The notes beneath the pieces are model-generated. The model was not told the origin of the DNA, did no database searches, and was given only the letters and a program-made list of their open reading frames with translations. Below, in pieces: positions 10,343 through 20,088 of a stretch of DNA of 64,000 nucleotides (its first letter is position 1; each line of letters begins with the position of its first letter). The position numbers and the translations under genes are program-made. The stretch is from assembly GCA_964484065.1 (NCBI GenBank), contig CAZAEW010000002.1, positions 75,419 through 139,418 on the forward strand, written 5' to 3'. Source of the DNA: an uncultured Bacillus sp. GTDB lineage: Bacteria; Bacillota; Bacilli; Bacillales; Cytobacillaceae.

Positions 10343-11026
10343 CTAAATGTACAATTTAGGAACAGAAGCACCTTTTACCTTTTCCGGAGTTCCAGAACGG
10401 TTGTCTGTTTTTCTTTTTTGTTTATGTGATGCTGATGATTTCTTTTCCAGTGAAGAACTTTCAGTTCTTTTTTTAGAACTGCTTTTAGAGGACTGTTTAT
10501 TCTTATCTTTTGTTTTATTTGAAGAATGTTCAGATTCTGTTTCTGAGCTGTCCGGAGCATTTTTAAGCCCTTGGAAAATTTTCCACATAGCCGGAATATT
10601 TCTTATTAGAGATCCGTATTGTTGAAATTGCTGGATCATTGGCCCCAGTGATTGAGCGGTTTGAATGACCTGTTGGGTATTATTCAAAAAACTGGACAGT
10701 GTACCGGGATTGCTTAGCGATTGCATCAAAGAACCTCCGCCGGACGCAGCACGGCCTGCTTGCTGCATCCCCATCATACCATTTATACCTGCAGGCTGTG
10801 CTCCTCTACCAAGGAGCCTTGAAAATAGACCTCCGCCCCGGTTCATCTGCTGCGTCCGTCCCATCATAGAACCCATCGTTGGGAATTGAGGTGTCCGATT
10901 CATGCCCGTTGCTGGAAACTGGGGAGGTCTGTTCGCTCCAAACATCATTGGGTTTCTTGATGCTCCAAATCGAGGTCCCATCATTCGCGGCCCCATTCCG
11001 CCTTGCGTAGGAAATTGTGGCAGCAT
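10343..11026 (-). CDS. yqfQ: YqfQ/VrrA-like low-complexity protein
   Basis: 227 aa. Q/M/G/P-rich N-terminus with repeated PQFP motifs and a K/S-rich basic C-terminus. Same position as B. subtilis yqfQ, between ispH and cshB. Confidence 0.6.
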   Translation of the reverse strand: MLPQFPTQGGMGPRMMGPRFGASRNPMMFGANRPPQFPATGMNRTPQFPTMGSMMGRTQQMNRGGGLFSRLLGRGAQPAGINGMMGMQQAGRAASGGGSLMQSLSNPGTLSSFLNNTQQVIQTAQSLGPMIQQFQQYGSLIRNIPAMWKIFQGLKNAPDSSETESEHSSNKTKDKNKQSSKSSSKKRTESSSLEKKSSASHKQKRKTDNRSGTPEKVKGASVPKLYI

Positions 11027-11240
11027 AATGCCCCTCCTTTCTCTTTTCCGTTACCTTAAGGTATGCATCACACAGAAATTGGTTTAGGTGTGAATCACAT
11101 GTTTTTTAAATTTTATGTTTAAATGCAGTCATACCGTAAAAGCTGATAAATGAAATAAAAGTGGAGATTTGTGATAATCTTTACTATAATAACAGGATGA
11201 ATATTTGGTTTCGAAATCACCTATATAAGGAGTCAATAAA

Positions 11241-12551
11241 ATGGCAAATCAATTTGAAAACTATCAATTTAAGTCGTTTATCATAAATGCCTTAACAACC
11301 GTTGGGTTTCACCATCCAACGGAAATTCAAGAACGAATGATTCCCTTGATTTTAAAGGGGGAGAGCGCAATTGGACAATCTCAGACTGGGACAGGCAAAA
11401 CGCTATCCTATGTTCTTCCGCTGCTAGAGAAAATCAATCCTACGCACCAAGAGGTTCAGGCAGTTATTACAGCACCGACAAGGGAATTAGCAACTCAAAT
11501 CTATCAGCAAATTTTAAAAATAACCGAACATGCCAAAGAAAATCCTCCTATGGTCCGTTGTTACATTGGGGGAACAGATAAACAGAGGACCATTGAAAAA
11601 CTGAAGGTACAGCCGCAGATCGTTGTTGGAACCCCAGCAAGAATTAAAGATCTCGTGAATGATCAGGCGCTTTTTATTCATACGGCAAAAATTCTTGTTG
11701 TGGATGAAGCTGATATGATGCTTGATATGGGATTTATTCAAGATGTCGATCAGGTTGCAGCAAAAATGACCGCAGACCTGCAGATGTTAGTATTTTCGGC
11801 AACGATTCCGGAGAAGCTAAAGCCTTTTTTAAAAAAGTACATGGAAAATCCCGCTTTTGTGCAAATAAAATCAAAAAATATTGCCGCGGAGAATCTCCAG
11901 CATTATCTAATTCCGTCAAGGCACCGCAGTAAAAAAGAATTGGTTCGGGAAGCCTTGCTGTTATTTAATCCATATCTGGCTCTTGTTTTTACCAATACAA
12001 AAAAGATGGCGGAGGAAGTGGCCGATTATTTAACCGAAAAGGGCTTGAAGGTCGGAAGGGTACATGGAGACCTGAATCCGCGGGAAAGAAAAAAGATGAT
12101 GAAACAGATTCAGGAATTAGAATATCAGTACATCGTGGCCACGGATTTGGCTGCACGAGGAATTGATATTGAAGGTGTCAGTCATGTCATCAATTATGAA
12201 TTGCCAGCTGATCTTGATTTCTATATTCATCGTGTCGGCAGAACAGCAAGAGCGGGCATGTCAGGTACAGCCCTGACGATTTATGAACTATCAGACGAAG
12301 ATGCTTTGAATCGTTTAGAGAAGCTTGGGATTGAGTTTAAGAACGTGGATATAAAAGATAATGAATTCGTCGAAATTGATGACAGGAACAGGCGGAAATC
12401 CCGGAAGCGGCAAGAGGATGAAATTGACAAACTTGCCAAGTCAATTGTTCGAAAACCGCAAAAAGTTAAACCGGGATATAAAAAGAAAATGCAGTCAGAA
12501 ATCGATCAGATTCGAAAAAGACAAAAGAGATTAACCAGCAAGAAAAAATAA
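11241..12551 (+). CDS. cshB: DEAD-box ATP-dependent RNA helicase
   Basis: 436 aa. Motifs SQTGTGKT, PTRELA, VVDEADMM, SAT and HRVGRTARAG, with a basic C-terminal tail. RBS AAGGAG. Confidence 0.9.
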   Translation: MANQFENYQFKSFIINALTTVGFHHPTEIQERMIPLILKGESAIGQSQTGTGKTLSYVLPLLEKINPTHQEVQAVITAPTRELATQIYQQILKITEHAKENPPMVRCYIGGTDKQRTIEKLKVQPQIVVGTPARIKDLVNDQALFIHTAKILVVDEADMMLDMGFIQDVDQVAAKMTADLQMLVFSATIPEKLKPFLKKYMENPAFVQIKSKNIAAENLQHYLIPSRHRSKKELVREALLLFNPYLALVFTNTKKMAEEVADYLTEKGLKVGRVHGDLNPRERKKMMKQIQELEYQYIVATDLAARGIDIEGVSHVINYELPADLDFYIHRVGRTARAGMSGTALTIYELSDEDALNRLEKLGIEFKNVDIKDNEFVEIDDRNRRKSRKRQEDEIDKLAKSIVRKPQKVKPGYKKKMQSEIDQIRKRQKRLTSKKK

Positions 12552-12569
12552 GCAAAGGGTGAGGTAGTG

Positions 12570-13463
12570 TTGTTGAAAATTGGATCACATGTATCAATGA
12601 GCGGCAAGAAAATGCTTCTGGCCGCAAGCGAGGAGGCTGTTTCCTACGGTGCCAACACGTTTATGATCTACACAGGGGCACCCCAGAATACAAGGCGGAA
12701 AAAGATTGAAGAGCTTAATATTGATGCCGGCAAAAAACACATGGAACAAAACGGCATTGTGGATATTGTTGTCCATGCCCCCTACATCATTAATATCGGA
12801 AACACTTCAAATCCGGCTACTTTTGAATTAGGTGTATCCTTCCTTCGCTCCGAAATCGAAAGGACTGAAGCCTTGGGAGCAAGGCAGATTGTCCTTCATC
12901 CCGGGGCCCATGTGGGAGCGGGGACAGAAGCGGGAATTAAAAAAATTATTGAAGGTTTAAATGAAGTATTAACTGGAAAAGAGAAGGTTCAAATTGCGCT
13001 TGAAACGATGGCCGGAAAAGGTTCCGAATGCGGAAAGTCATTTGAAGAACTGGCGATGATCATTGATGGCGTCAATTATAATGATAAACTGTCTGTTTGC
13101 TTTGATACTTGTCATACACATGATGCCGGTTATAAGGTAGCCGAGGATTTTGACGGTGTTTTAAATGAGTTTGATAAGATTATTGGCATCGAGCGTTTAA
13201 AGGTTCTTCATATCAATGACAGCAAGAATTCAATCGGGATGAGAAAAGACCGTCATGAAAATCTTGGCTTTGGGCATATTGGCTTTGCGGCATTGAGCTA
13301 TGTTGTCCATCATCCGCAATTAGCAGATATTCCGAAGATTTTAGAGACTCCATTTGTCGGTGAAGATAAAAATAATAAAAAACCTCCATATCGTTTTGAA
13401 ATAGAGATGCTTCGCGGGCAGAAATTTAATGAAAACGTGCTGGATTTAATTATGGGATCCTAA
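12570..13463 (+). CDS. nfo: endonuclease IV
   Basis: About 297 aa. [27 protein letters not shown] plus metal motifs HAPYIIN, HPGAH, CFDTCH and HINDSK. The start could be GTG 12567, TTG 12570 or TTG 12573. Confidence 0.9.
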   Translation: MLKIGSHVSMSGKKMLLAASEEAVSYGANTFMIYTGAPQNTRRKKIEELNIDAGKKHMEQNGIVDIVVHAPYIINIGNTSNPATFELGVSFLRSEIERTEALGARQIVLHPGAHVGAGTEAGIKKIIEGLNEVLTGKEKVQIALETMAGKGSECGKSFEELAMIIDGVNYNDKLSVCFDTCHTHDAGYKVAEDFDGVLNEFDKIIGIERLKVLHINDSKNSIGMRKDRHENLGFGHIGFAALSYVVHHPQLADIPKILETPFVGEDKNNKKPPYRFEIEMLRGQKFNENVLDLIMGS

Positions 13464-13501
13464 CCAAATAGAAAAACGCAGGGAAACGGCTCTGCGCTTT
13501 T

Positions 13502-13765
13502 CTATTTTATAAGCTGAAGGAATAGTTTATTTACTTCTTTAGCTGTTCCCGCTCCTGCGACTTTGGCAATTTCTTTTATTAGGGCTGCCCGCTGACTGCT
13601 GTCGAAAATATTTACCTGCTTTCCTCTTAAATAATCAGCAATTTTTTTGGCATGCTCCCGTTTAACGGTTATGTTATATTGTTCGGCATACTTTAATAGC
13701 TCATCTGTAGTGATTTGATTGATTTTATGATTAATGATATTTTCAAAAATCTTCACATTCATCAC
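13502..13765 (-). CDS. yqfT: YqfT-like small protein (DUF2624)
   Basis: 87-aa ORF with a GAAGGAG RBS, in the position of B. subtilis yqfT. The exact start is uncertain because the first starts sit very close to the RBS. Confidence 0.55.
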   Translation of the reverse strand: MMNVKIFENIINHKINQITTDELLKYAEQYNITVKREHAKKIADYLRGKQVNIFDSSQRAALIKEIAKVAGAGTAKEVNKLFLQLIK

Positions 13766-13845
13766 TCCTTCATCTTAATGTATGTGTGTAAGGAGGGAAA
13801 GTGACTAGTTGTTTTATGTTTTCATTCACCCCTTTACCTGTACGC

Positions 13846-13962
13846 TTAAGGGTACTAAGGGACGCTTCGTGAGCATAAGCATCGCAGCAGGAAAGCTGTG
13901 CTTTTCGGTGAACTGCGACTCTGTCTTCGCCTTAATGCTCGCCAATCGGCGAGTTTTCTTTA
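13846..13962 (+). repeat. intergenic structured repeat, copy 1 (forward)
   Basis: Aligns over about 117 nt with 23169-23288 and 35545-35661. It has the ACTAAGG head box, a central hairpin GGAAAGC-TGT-GCTTTTC, and the tail hairpin CTCGCC-AATC-GGCGAG followed by TTTTCTTT. Confidence 0.85.
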
Positions 13963-13968
13963 GGATTC

Positions 13969-14029
13969 TTTACTTTTCTGATAACTTACTGTATACTACT
14001 TTTTGTTAAATCGGAATGATTCTTAATTA
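13969..14029 (+). promoter_or_regulatory. candidate znuC promoter with overlapping Zur box
   Basis: TTTACT - 17 nt - TATACT, then TAAATCGGAATGATTCTTAATTA at 14007-14029. This matches the B. subtilis Zur box TAAATCGTAATnATTACGATTTA at 17 of 22 specified positions. Confidence 0.55.
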
Positions 14030-14042
14030 AAGGTGAGTGCCA

Positions 14043-14822
14043 ATGACAGCACAAATAATATTAGAAATAAAGGAATTAACTTATCGTTATGAATCAGATA
14101 TTGTGTTAGAAAATATTAATCTTGCCGTTCCTAGAGGGGCTTTTTTAGCGATTGTAGGTCCAAATGGATCGGGGAAATCCACTTTGCTGAAGCTAATTTT
14201 GGGTCTTTTGAAACTGCAAAAAGGAAAAATTAGTTTATTCGGTGAAGATAGCAGCCGCTTCAAAGGATGGGAAAAAATCGGCTATGTTTCACAGAAGGCT
14301 AACTCCTTTAATACAGGATTTCCTGCTACCGTTTCAGAAGTCGTCTCAAGCGGATTGACGAAAAAGCTGGGTTTATTTCACTTTTTGGCAAAAGAGGATA
14401 AACAAAAAGTCATTCATGCATTAGAGGCGGTGGGAATGGAAAAGTTTAAAAACCGAAATATTGGCGAATTATCCGGAGGACAGCAGCAAAGGGTTTTTAT
14501 CGCACGCGCGCTTGTCAGCGAACCGGAAATATTAATTTTAGATGAGCCGACGGTTGGGGTAGATGCCAAAAATGTTAATACCTTTTACCAAATGCTGGTT
14601 GATTTGAATAAAAATCATCTTATTACGCTTCTATTGGTGACGCATGATATTGGAACAATCTCCGATAAAGTCAGCCATGTAGCCTGCCTCAATAAACATT
14701 TGTATTTTCATGGCAACACAAAGGAATTTGAAAAGCTTGGAATTGAGGGAATGACTGATTTTTATGGTCATCATGTTCAACTGCTTTCACATCACCATGA
14801 ACATGAAGGGGTTATTAAATGA
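14043..14822 (+). CDS. znuC: zinc ABC transporter ATP-binding protein
   Basis: Walker A GPNGSGKST, signature LSGGQQQR, Walker B ILILDEP and a His-rich C-terminus (HHHEHE). RBS AAAGGTGA favours the ATG at 14043 over the track start at 14037. Confidence 0.85.
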   Translation: MTAQIILEIKELTYRYESDIVLENINLAVPRGAFLAIVGPNGSGKSTLLKLILGLLKLQKGKISLFGEDSSRFKGWEKIGYVSQKANSFNTGFPATVSEVVSSGLTKKLGLFHFLAKEDKQKVIHALEAVGMEKFKNRNIGELSGGQQQRVFIARALVSEPEILILDEPTVGVDAKNVNTFYQMLVDLNKNHLITLLLVTHDIGTISDKVSHVACLNKHLYFHGNTKEFEKLGIEGMTDFYGHHVQLLSHHHEHEGVIK

Positions 14823-15664
14823 TGCTGGGGATTTTTCATTATGAATTTTTGCAAAATGCCTTTCTTACAGGGCTTTTAATTGGTGCACTTGCACCATTAC
14901 TGGGAGTTTTTATCGTTGTCAGAAGACTATCGTTAATTGCTGATGCTCTCAGTCATGTAACACTCGCAGGGATTGCGGCAAGCCTTCTCCTTGAAAAATC
15001 ATTTGCTCCATTAAGCGGCCTTAATCCGCTCTATCTTGGAATGGCTTTTTCTGTTGGGGGCTCTTTATTTATTGAAAAATTACGGGGAGTATATAAGCAT
15101 TATCAAGAGCTTGCCATTCCGATCATTCTTTCAAGCGGTATTGGGCTCGGAGTCATCTTTATTTCCCTTGCCAATGGGTTTAATACGGATTTATTCAGTT
15201 ATTTATTTGGCAGCGTATCGGCCGTCAGCCGTACGGATTTATGGGTTATTTTGATTATCAGCATTTTTGTTATCTTACTCGTCATTTCCTTATACAAAGA
15301 ATTATTTTTGCTTTCATTTGATGAAGAATATGCGAAAGCATCTGGCATAGCAGCTAAAACCATTCATTTTTTCTTTATCGTGATGGTTGCTCTTGTGATT
15401 GCTGCATCGATGAGAATTGTGGGAATTTTATTAGTCTCCTCATTAATGACACTGCCGGTTGCTGCAAGCATAAGGATTGCAAAAGGCTTTAAGCAGACCA
15501 TTTTTATGTCCATTATTTTTGGGGAAATTTCTGTTCTGGGAGGGCTATTTACAGCCTATTACTTAAATTTGGCACCAGGTGGTTCAATCGTGATGATTGC
15601 TGTACTTATTTTAATTGCCGCCATATTATATAAAAAGCTATTAATGCAAAGGCAGATGCATTAA
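14819..15664 (+). CDS. znuB: zinc ABC transporter permease (ABC-3 family)
   Basis: 281 aa and polytopic (about 8 TM). ATGA overlap with znuC. Lies in an operon with zur, as in the Listeria zurAM-zurR arrangement. Confidence 0.85.
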   Translation: MMLGIFHYEFLQNAFLTGLLIGALAPLLGVFIVVRRLSLIADALSHVTLAGIAASLLLEKSFAPLSGLNPLYLGMAFSVGGSLFIEKLRGVYKHYQELAIPIILSSGIGLGVIFISLANGFNTDLFSYLFGSVSAVSRTDLWVILIISIFVILLVISLYKELFLLSFDEEYAKASGIAAKTIHFFFIVMVALVIAASMRIVGILLVSSLMTLPVAASIRIAKGFKQTIFMSIIFGEISVLGGLFTAYYLNLAPGGSIVMIAVLILIAAILYKKLLMQRQMH

Positions 15665-15677
15665 AGAGGTGTGGAAG

Positions 15678-16088
15678 ATGAATGTAGATGAAGCACTTTT
15701 ATGTTTAAAAGAAAAAGGATATAAATATACAGGAAAAAGAGAGGAACTTCTAAAATTATTCGCTGACCATAATAAATATTTAACAGCAAAGGATGTTCTT
15801 GAATTATTAAAAGACAGCTATCCCGGTTTAAGCTTCGATACCATTTACCGAAATTTATCCTTATTTGTTGACTTAGGAATTCTAGAAATGACAGAGCTTT
15901 ATGGGGAAAAACATTTTCGGTTTACATGCTCGGGACACCATCATCATCACCATTTTATATGTCTTGACTGCGGCAAGACAAAAGAAATTGAAACTTGTCC
16001 GATGGGTGATTTAAACGAGAGCTTAAAAGGCTACGATATTTCGGGACATAAATTCGAGATATACGGAAAATGTCCTGATTGCCATTAA
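15678..16088 (+). CDS. zur: zinc uptake regulator Zur (Fur family)
   Basis: [25 protein letters not shown]..., [13 protein letters not shown] and CPDCH motifs closely resemble B. subtilis Zur. RBS AAAGAGG sits 8 nt before the ATG at 15678. Confidence 0.88.
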   Translation: MNVDEALLCLKEKGYKYTGKREELLKLFADHNKYLTAKDVLELLKDSYPGLSFDTIYRNLSLFVDLGILEMTELYGEKHFRFTCSGHHHHHHFICLDCGKTKEIETCPMGDLNESLKGYDISGHKFEIYGKCPDCH

Positions 16089-16093
16089 GAAAA

Positions 16094-16163
16094 GCGCAAG
16101 CGCCTTCAGAACAAGCACAGCTTGTTCTTGCGATGCAATATCAAAGTAGCATCCCTTAGTGCT
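16094..16163 (-). repeat. truncated, diverged inverted copy of the intergenic repeat
   Basis: GCGCCTTCAG...AAGCACAGCTT...TGCGATGC...TCCCTTAGTGC matches the reverse complement of the repeat. The block between the tail and the central hairpin is deleted. Confidence 0.6.
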
Positions 16164-16295
16164 CAGCCCCGATGGTCAAATGTTCTGGCAAAAAAAGTCC
16201 GCCCTTTGACTTTTTATGCCGAAGGTTATTTGACCCTGAGGGGCTAGGCGCTGAAGCTAGACATTTCTCGAAGTCTAAACTTATACTTTTCTTAT

Positions 16296-16330
16296 AAAAA
16301 AAACGGCTTTTTAAACAAGCCGTTTTTCTT
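16296..16330. terminator. bidirectional terminator (zur operon / yqfW)
   Basis: A-run, stem AAACGGCTT / AAGCCGTTT, then T-run. The hairpin overlaps the last codons of yqfW. Confidence 0.7.
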
Positions 16331-16889
16331 TTACCCAATTTTCTACCCAATTATATGCTTCTATCCAATTGTAAACACGAATAACACCTTCAGGAATTGG
16401 ATCTCTGTTATAAGGTGTATCAAACAGGAGAACAGGGATCTTGCATTCCTCATGAATTTCAATTGCATTATCATGTTTATCTTCAAAGAAAATATCTACA
16501 TGATGCTTTTTGACAGTCTCTACTTTATTGTGAGTTCCAATTAATTCAATTTTATCAAAAAATAAATGATGGTCATCAAACCATTTTTTGGTGACATCAA
16601 GAAGGTGGGAACCTCGGGCACTAATAAAACAAAGTTCATAAGTATTTTTCCAGTTATTCAATACTTCTGCAGCATCTTCAGCTATCGGGGAGCCTGCATA
16701 AATGATCGGTTCATTTTTCATAAACCAATCAGCAAACTCTTCTTTCGAAACATTCACAATGGGATTTAAATCATATTGTTTTACATCTTCAAGCGTAACA
16801 TTCAGCCCGAATGCTTTATTGATAAACGGGAGGAGCGATGCTGGAGATGTTACCGTTCCATCGATGTCAATTCCAAACTTTTTTTTCAT
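16311..16889 (-). CDS. yqfW: HAD-superfamily 5'(3')-nucleotidase, YqfW-like
   Basis: 192 aa. The N-terminal DxD motif GIDIDGTVT is typical of the 5'(3')-deoxyribonucleotidase family. Position is syntenic with B. subtilis yqfW. Confidence 0.7.
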   Translation of the reverse strand: MKKKFGIDIDGTVTSPASLLPFINKAFGLNVTLEDVKQYDLNPIVNVSKEEFADWFMKNEPIIYAGSPIAEDAAEVLNNWKNTYELCFISARGSHLLDVTKKWFDDHHLFFDKIELIGTHNKVETVKKHHVDIFFEDKHDNAIEIHEECKIPVLLFDTPYNRDPIPEGVIRVYNWIEAYNWVENWVKEKRLV

Positions 16890-17058
16890 TATGAAATAAC
16901 TCCTTTAAGTTCCAATATGCAATCTTATTTTATCAAAAAGATTAAAAACGCTGAAGTAAATGTTATAAAAGAAAGAATAACAGGACATCCAAACATTAAC
17001 ATACTAAAATAAATAGCCCTGCAAACAATAATAATGCTCCTAAAACTGAAAGTGAGGG

Positions 17059-17415
17059 ATGATTGTGGCAGATCAGGATCAACACAGACATATGGATGAG
17101 GATATCCCGAACGATAGAGCCAGCCTTCGTGAAGAAACAGCTGCGGAAATCGCAGCACCTGTTTCACTTGGAAGGAGAAGGAGCTTTGATGACTTAAAGG
17201 GAAGGGACCGGGGCCAAGCCGGCACTGGAACGGGTTTTTTGGCCCTGGCATTATCCATACTTTCCCTGTTTGTCATGCCTATTATTTTCGGTGCTGCAGG
17301 AATCGTTTTAGGGTTTATGGCTAGAGCTAAGGGAGCAGAGGGTCTTGGTGCGTGGGCAATCGGAATTGGAGTTGTTTCCATTGTCATCGGTATCTTTGTT
17401 ATCCCGTTTTTTTAA
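17059..17415 (+). CDS. yqfX: small membrane protein, YqfX-like
   Basis: 118 aa with a charged N-terminus and two C-terminal TM helices (FLALALSILSLFVMPIIFGAAGIVLGF, AWAIGIGVVSIVIGIFVIPFF). GTG 17065 has better RBS spacing than ATG 17059. Confidence 0.5.
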   Translation: MIVADQDQHRHMDEDIPNDRASLREETAAEIAAPVSLGRRRSFDDLKGRDRGQAGTGTGFLALALSILSLFVMPIIFGAAGIVLGFMARAKGAEGLGAWAIGIGVVSIVIGIFVIPFF

Positions 17416-17473
17416 TGATTGGCTCAAAAAATAAAGTCCTTGGACGAACATTCTTTACAATATTCTGGTATAG

Positions 17474-17513
17474 GAGCAAAAAAAGAAACCCGGTCAGCAA
17501 AACCGGGTTTCTT
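17474..17513 (-). terminator. intrinsic terminator of ispG (also usable by yqfX)
   Basis: 12-bp stem AAGAAACCCGGT / ACCGGGTTTCTT. On the minus strand it is followed by a T-run. Confidence 0.75.
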
Positions 17514-17533
17514 CCTGGTATAAGAAAATTTGA

Positions 17534-18628
17534 TTACTTTGTTTGAGATTTAAGAAAATATTCTTCCGCAACTTTATCAATTTCCTTTTTAAGTTCTTCA
17601 ACCATATCAGCCTCTGGAACTTTGCGGACAATTTCGCCTTTCCGGAATAATAAACCTTCGCCGCGGGCCCCTGCAATTCCAATATCTGCTTCACGAGCTT
17701 CCCCAGGTCCATTTACCGCACATCCTAAAACACTTACTTTGATCGGAGCCTTAATTTTTTGGATGTATTCTTCAATTTCATTTGCAATGCTGATTAAATC
17801 AATTTCAATTCTTCCACAGGTAGGGCAGGAAATGAGAGTGGCTGCGTTGGATGAAAGCCCAAAGACTTTAAGCAGTTCTCTGGCAACCTTTATTTCTTCA
17901 ACCGGATCAGCGCTTAGAGAAATACGGATGGTATTTCCAATTCCCTTGCTAATTATAGCTCCAAGTCCTGCAGCGCTTTTTACTGTTCCGGAAAATAACG
18001 TACCTGATTCCGTAATACCCAAATGCAGCGGGTAATCAAATGCCCGGGCAGCTTTATCATATGCTTCAATGGCCAAATTTACATCGGATGCTTTCATCGA
18101 AACGATAATGTCATGAAAATCCAAATCCTCGAGAATTTTAATGTGGTGAAGGGCACTCTCCACCATGCCGTCAGCTGTAGGGTACCCATACTTTTCAAGG
18201 ATGTGTTTTTCAAGAGAGCCGGCATTTACACCAATTCGAATAGGAATCGCTCGTTCTTTCGCTGCTTTTACAACCGCTTCAACTTTTTCCCGTTTTCCGA
18301 TATTTCCGGGATTAATCCGGATTTTATCGATACCGCCTTCAATGGCCTTAAGGGCCAATTTATAATCAAAATGAATGTCGGCAACTAGCGGAATATTAAT
18401 TCTTTTTTTTATTTCAGGAATCGCATTTGCGGCCCGTTCATCCGGACAGGCAACCCTGACAATTTGACATCCAGCTTCTTCTAGACGTTTGATTTGAGCA
18501 ACTGTAGCTTCTACATCATGTGTCTTTGTTGTCGTCATACTTTGAATGATAATTTCATTATTTCCACCAATGGTTAAATTCCCCACCTTAATAGGACGGG
18601 TTTGGGTTCGATTTATAATTTCACTCAC
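17534..18628 (-). CDS. ispG: 4-hydroxy-3-methylbut-2-en-1-yl diphosphate synthase
   Basis: The track ORF starts at 18712. GTG at 18628, preceded by AAAGGAGAG, gives (M)[21 protein letters not shown] as in GcpE/IspG. Fe-S Cys motifs ISCPTCGR and [10 protein letters not shown] are present. Confidence 0.9.
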   Translation of the reverse strand: MSEIINRTQTRPIKVGNLTIGGNNEIIIQSMTTTKTHDVEATVAQIKRLEEAGCQIVRVACPDERAANAIPEIKKRINIPLVADIHFDYKLALKAIEGGIDKIRINPGNIGKREKVEAVVKAAKERAIPIRIGVNAGSLEKHILEKYGYPTADGMVESALHHIKILEDLDFHDIIVSMKASDVNLAIEAYDKAARAFDYPLHLGITESGTLFSGTVKSAAGLGAIISKGIGNTIRISLSADPVEEIKVARELLKVFGLSSNAATLISCPTCGRIEIDLISIANEIEEYIQKIKAPIKVSVLGCAVNGPGEAREADIGIAGARGEGLLFRKGEIVRKVPEADMVEELKKEIDKVAEEYFLKSQTK

Positions 18629-18682
18629 GTGGAATTCGCTCTCCTTTAAAAATGCGATTCTAATAATGATCAATTTGTTTTT

Positions 18683-18712
18683 ATTGTAGCAGTCAATAAG
18701 CCATCTTGACAA
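18683..18712 (-). promoter_or_regulatory. candidate sigma-A promoter of ispG
   Basis: On the minus strand, TTGTCA - 18 nt - TACAAT lies about 55 nt upstream of the GTG start. Confidence 0.45.
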
Positions 18713-18744
18713 GAAGAAGGGGTGGAACTCCCAACAAAAGGAAT

Positions 18745-19068
18745 TTATTCCTTATAATACGGAAACCGGTATGTCTTTCCGATTTGAATTTGATTGGCAG
18801 GCTGCCCTGGGTTAAGGGTTTGAAAATCACGAATTAATTTATCCATTGAAACATTCAGCGGCCTTCCAAGTTTGTGTTCAACAATGGTGATGAGTGTGTC
18901 TCCAGGCTCCACGCTTGCCTCAAAATAAGGGATAGTGGAGTCAGGTTTTTCAATCGTTTCTGTTACCGCTTTTTGTGAATGATCATGTGGCAATGTACCG
19001 ACAGTCATGTCGAAATAAATACAATAGATGATTAAGATGAATAACAGGAGTCCTACTAGTTTCTTCAT
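18745..19068 (-). CDS. yqfZ: LysM-domain membrane-anchored protein, YqfZ-like
   Basis: The start at ATG 19068 has a GGAGG RBS. N-terminal TM segment [19 protein letters not shown] and a C-terminal LysM-like segment ([16 protein letters not shown]...[10 protein letters not shown]). Confidence 0.6.
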   Translation of the reverse strand: MKKLVGLLLFILIIYCIYFDMTVGTLPHDHSQKAVTETIEKPDSTIPYFEASVEPGDTLITIVEHKLGRPLNVSMDKLIRDFQTLNPGQPANQIQIGKTYRFPYYKE

Positions 19069-19155
19069 ATGGAACAAGCCTCCAATAAAGCGGTTTTTAC
19101 ACCATATGCTTGTCCATCTGTACATAGAAGAAAAAACGCAGCTCTAGCTGCGTTT

Positions 19156-19929
19156 TTAGCTGATTTTTTTTGGTTTTGGGGTTTCGTTAATAGCCAAAAA
19201 TAATACAACCACGACGACAAACCAATTTAACAGGAAGCCCCAAGGAACAGTTGTTTTTACTGCGGCCATAATCGTAAAAAATAGTGTTGGTAAAGTTTCA
19301 GCGTATGCTGTCATAATCCATAACTGGCGGTAATTCAATCTTCGCTCAGCCAAGTTTTTTAAAGACAGCCCAAAGAGGGCAAAAATAGTGACTTCAACAA
19401 AACTGGCTGCACTGGAAAATAAATAAAGAAACAGTGAGATTCCCGGGATGATGATCATTTTCAAGTCACTAAGTGTGTTAAGGAAGTTCAGGAGATCCTT
19501 ACTGGTTATGTTCATGTCATTGAACATGGCATAGTCATATGTATTTGTTTGTCCGCCGGCAAGAAAAACAAATTCATTTTTTAAAATGGCGAAGGTATTG
19601 TCTGTCCCTTCCAGCTCTTTTTCAGAGACAGATCCGGTTGGATCTAAGACAATCGTAAAGTTTTTCTTATTTATCGTAACGGGTGCGTTTGTTTCTGCGC
19701 TTAATCGGCCATTTTCTATGGCAAATGCCGGCAGCTGGTCTTTAATCACACTTTTAGCTGTATCAATTCCATCCGTAATTGCTGTGCCTAAGAAAAAGAT
19801 CGATGGCAGGATTGAAACAAGGGTAAGAAAGAAGATAAATAAAATCGTTTTTCCTATGCCTTGAAAGCGGAAAGACGCTATATCCTTCGGTGAATAAGTG
19901 CTCTTATAAAATTGTTTGAAAATATTCAT
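19156..19929 (-). CDS. yqgB: DUF1189 family membrane protein, YqgB-like
   Basis: The start at ATG 19929 has a GGTGG RBS. The N-terminus MNIFKQFYKSTYSPKDIASFRFQGIGKTI is characteristic of DUF1189, and the protein is polytopic. Confidence 0.6.
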   Translation of the reverse strand: MNIFKQFYKSTYSPKDIASFRFQGIGKTILFIFFLTLVSILPSIFFLGTAITDGIDTAKSVIKDQLPAFAIENGRLSAETNAPVTINKKNFTIVLDPTGSVSEKELEGTDNTFAILKNEFVFLAGGQTNTYDYAMFNDMNITSKDLLNFLNTLSDLKMIIIPGISLFLYLFSSAASFVEVTIFALFGLSLKNLAERRLNYRQLWIMTAYAETLPTLFFTIMAAVKTTVPWGFLLNWFVVVVVLFLAINETPKPKKIS

Positions 19930-20026
19930 CAAAACCACCTTTATACAAAGACTTCCATTATATTTTAGCCTTGTTAACAATGATTAACAAGAATTGCTTT
20001 TTTTAGCTTAGATTTAGGTAAATAAA

Positions 20027-20071
20027 AACTTCCCGGAAAAGCTTTTTTCACATTTGGCTTCCCGGGAAGTT
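20027..20071. terminator. hairpin downstream of fnr
   Basis: 10-bp stem AACTTCCCGG / CCGGGAAGTT with a 25-nt loop. T-runs follow it on both strands. Confidence 0.55.
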
Positions 20072-20088
20072 GCTTTGTTTTTTTTCTA

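Noticed and set aside
11068-11099. TCACAC-N14-GTGTGA-A-TCACA motifs in the yqfQ/cshB divergent promoter region.
   Set aside because: These are short 5-6-nt half-sites with non-canonical spacing. They cannot be distinguished from chance without comparative data.
13809-14009. Track ORFs 13809-14009 (+), 23144-23419 (-) and 16156-16350 (-) could be small proteins.
   Set aside because: Each is built almost entirely from the intergenic repeat. The reading frame and strand differ between copies, none has an RBS, and copy 3 has stops in the equivalent frame. I treated them as repeat DNA, not genes.
17079-17387. A 102-aa minus-strand ORF mirrors yqfX.
   Set aside because: The plus-strand frame has an RBS, two clean TM helices and the syntenic orientation. 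The minus frame is Ala/Pro/Ser-rich shadow sequence.
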